Positions 62,845 to 64,000 of a DNA stretch of 64,000 nucleotides are shown here, in pieces. This stretch comes from Pelomyxa schiedti. Lineage: Eukaryota > Protista > Evosea. Location of the stretch: NCBI GenBank assembly GCA_020536535.1, contig JAHLWZ010000867.1:1-64000 (forward strand), written 5' to 3'. The notes beneath the pieces were generated by a model that was given only the letters and a program-made list of their open reading frames with translations, was not told the DNA's origin and did not search any database. Every line of letters begins with the position of its first letter. Position 1 is the first letter of the stretch. The translations under genes were made by a program, and so were the position numbers.

Positions 62845-63162
62845 CGTGTCGTATTTTTTTTACGGTGGTACGGTGGGTTTAGGTTGGGTGTTTTTTTGTT
62901 TTTTGGTTGCTTCTGTGGGGGTTTTTTTTTTGAAAATGAAAGGAAAAAAAGTTGTTCTTTTTAAAGAACTTCGAACCCTTTATTTTTCCTGTGCAACGAA
63001 AACTCGCGTGACGTGTAGAAAAAAAAGGGAATGTTTTTATTGGATTATTTTGTAGACCGGCAAAAACAGCGTTTTGTGCACCAGATGCGCTCATCATCTT
63101 TCGGTGGAGAAATGTATTTCATTTCATTCCATTTTGTAACCTCGTGTTCCTCAGTGTTATCA

Positions 63163-64000
63163 TTACTGCAGAAAGCAGCTATCGGGCCACGGGGGGCAAG
63201 TTCTGGCTGCATTGTTCGATGAAGGTGCAGCTGCAACCCCTCGTGTATTGAGAAGGCATCGGAATGCCGTGTAACGGGCTGACGCCGCGGCCGACTGTGT
63301 CCCACGGGGAGCCCACAGTCGCTCAGCAATGGCGGCATAGCGGGGAAACACTGTGGGCATTAGGTCCGACGTGTCAATCCCTAGAAAGTTTGTTAGAGGT
63401 AGATTGATTGGAATTGGTATGAGCATTTAGCACATAGCCTTTCTAGAGAATGAGGAATACCTTCTCCCCACATCTCACCACCTCCGCCGAGAACAAAGGC
63501 GGAGCAGGAATCAGAAGATATTGTAGAACACGGCTCCGCGTCGTAGGCCTGTTGCCACGTGACTCCAAGATTGTCAAGGTACCTTGTGGAGTAAGTGTTA
63601 GTAACCGATATTATTTGAGGGGTTATACCACACATCTGAGCTGCTCCACACAACGCGATAGCCACTAGAGGTAGCTTGTTGTATCACACTGGAGCCTGAC
63701 AGCCACTGATGTATTATGGTGCTCTTGTCAAGTGCTGTGCCAAAGTGATTCCAAATCTTTCAGGTACGTGAATTTCGATCAGGTTTCGGTATAGCTTACC
63801 TCTTCCCATCCTGTAACCTGTCGTTGACAATCTCTCGCAATTTGTTGTGCTCTTTCGATAAAATACTCATACCCCTGCTCAGCGTCCATTCCATTATCCT
63901 TTAGCCACTGTGATATCTCTGGTGACTGTGTCCAGCACGTTGTATCAACTTCATCTCCACCGAGATGAATGACCTAAATTCTGTTAACTTGAAGGAAAAA
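63163..64000 (-). CDS. Beta-hexosaminidase (GH20), C-terminal part; truncated by the window edge
   Basis: FIHLGGDEVDTTCW, YLD, VLGGGGEMWGE, FPRYAAIAERLW. Confidence 0.95.

Overview
Gene-dense eukaryotic DNA with about 30 protein-coding loci in 64 kb. Most genes are interrupted by many short GT-AG introns (roughly 30-100 nt), so the ORF track shows exon fragments; the gene models below were assembled by eye. Gene content and style suggest an amoebozoan, probably an anaerobic archamoeba such as Pelomyxa (inference only). Recognisable genes are POLD3, UGGT, histone H3, GNL1, a dual-specificity phosphatase, an M28 aminopeptidase, a GH20 hexosaminidase, an extended SDR, an AN1 zinc-finger protein, a CLU-TPR protein, a PH-PH-WW protein and two further F-box proteins. 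The top candidate for an undescribed system is the gene at 24556-27925. It fuses a degenerate Rho-like GTPase, a Kelch propeller, an F-box and a C-terminal Vint-type Hint (intein/Hedgehog-like autoprocessing) domain with intact C1 and TxxH residues. Other highlights are an intronless olfactomedin-domain gene in a non-animal genome, a recently duplicated Sel1-repeat gene pair whose differences cluster at one position of the repeats, a non-prenylated Rab with Q-to-R in switch II, a PCMT-C1 fusion, a dispanin/CD225 gene and three prokaryote-like genes (RibD-C, TsaA/TrmO, SLOG-like). I found no rRNA, tRNA, CRISPR array or intact transposon. There is one 100-N assembly gap.
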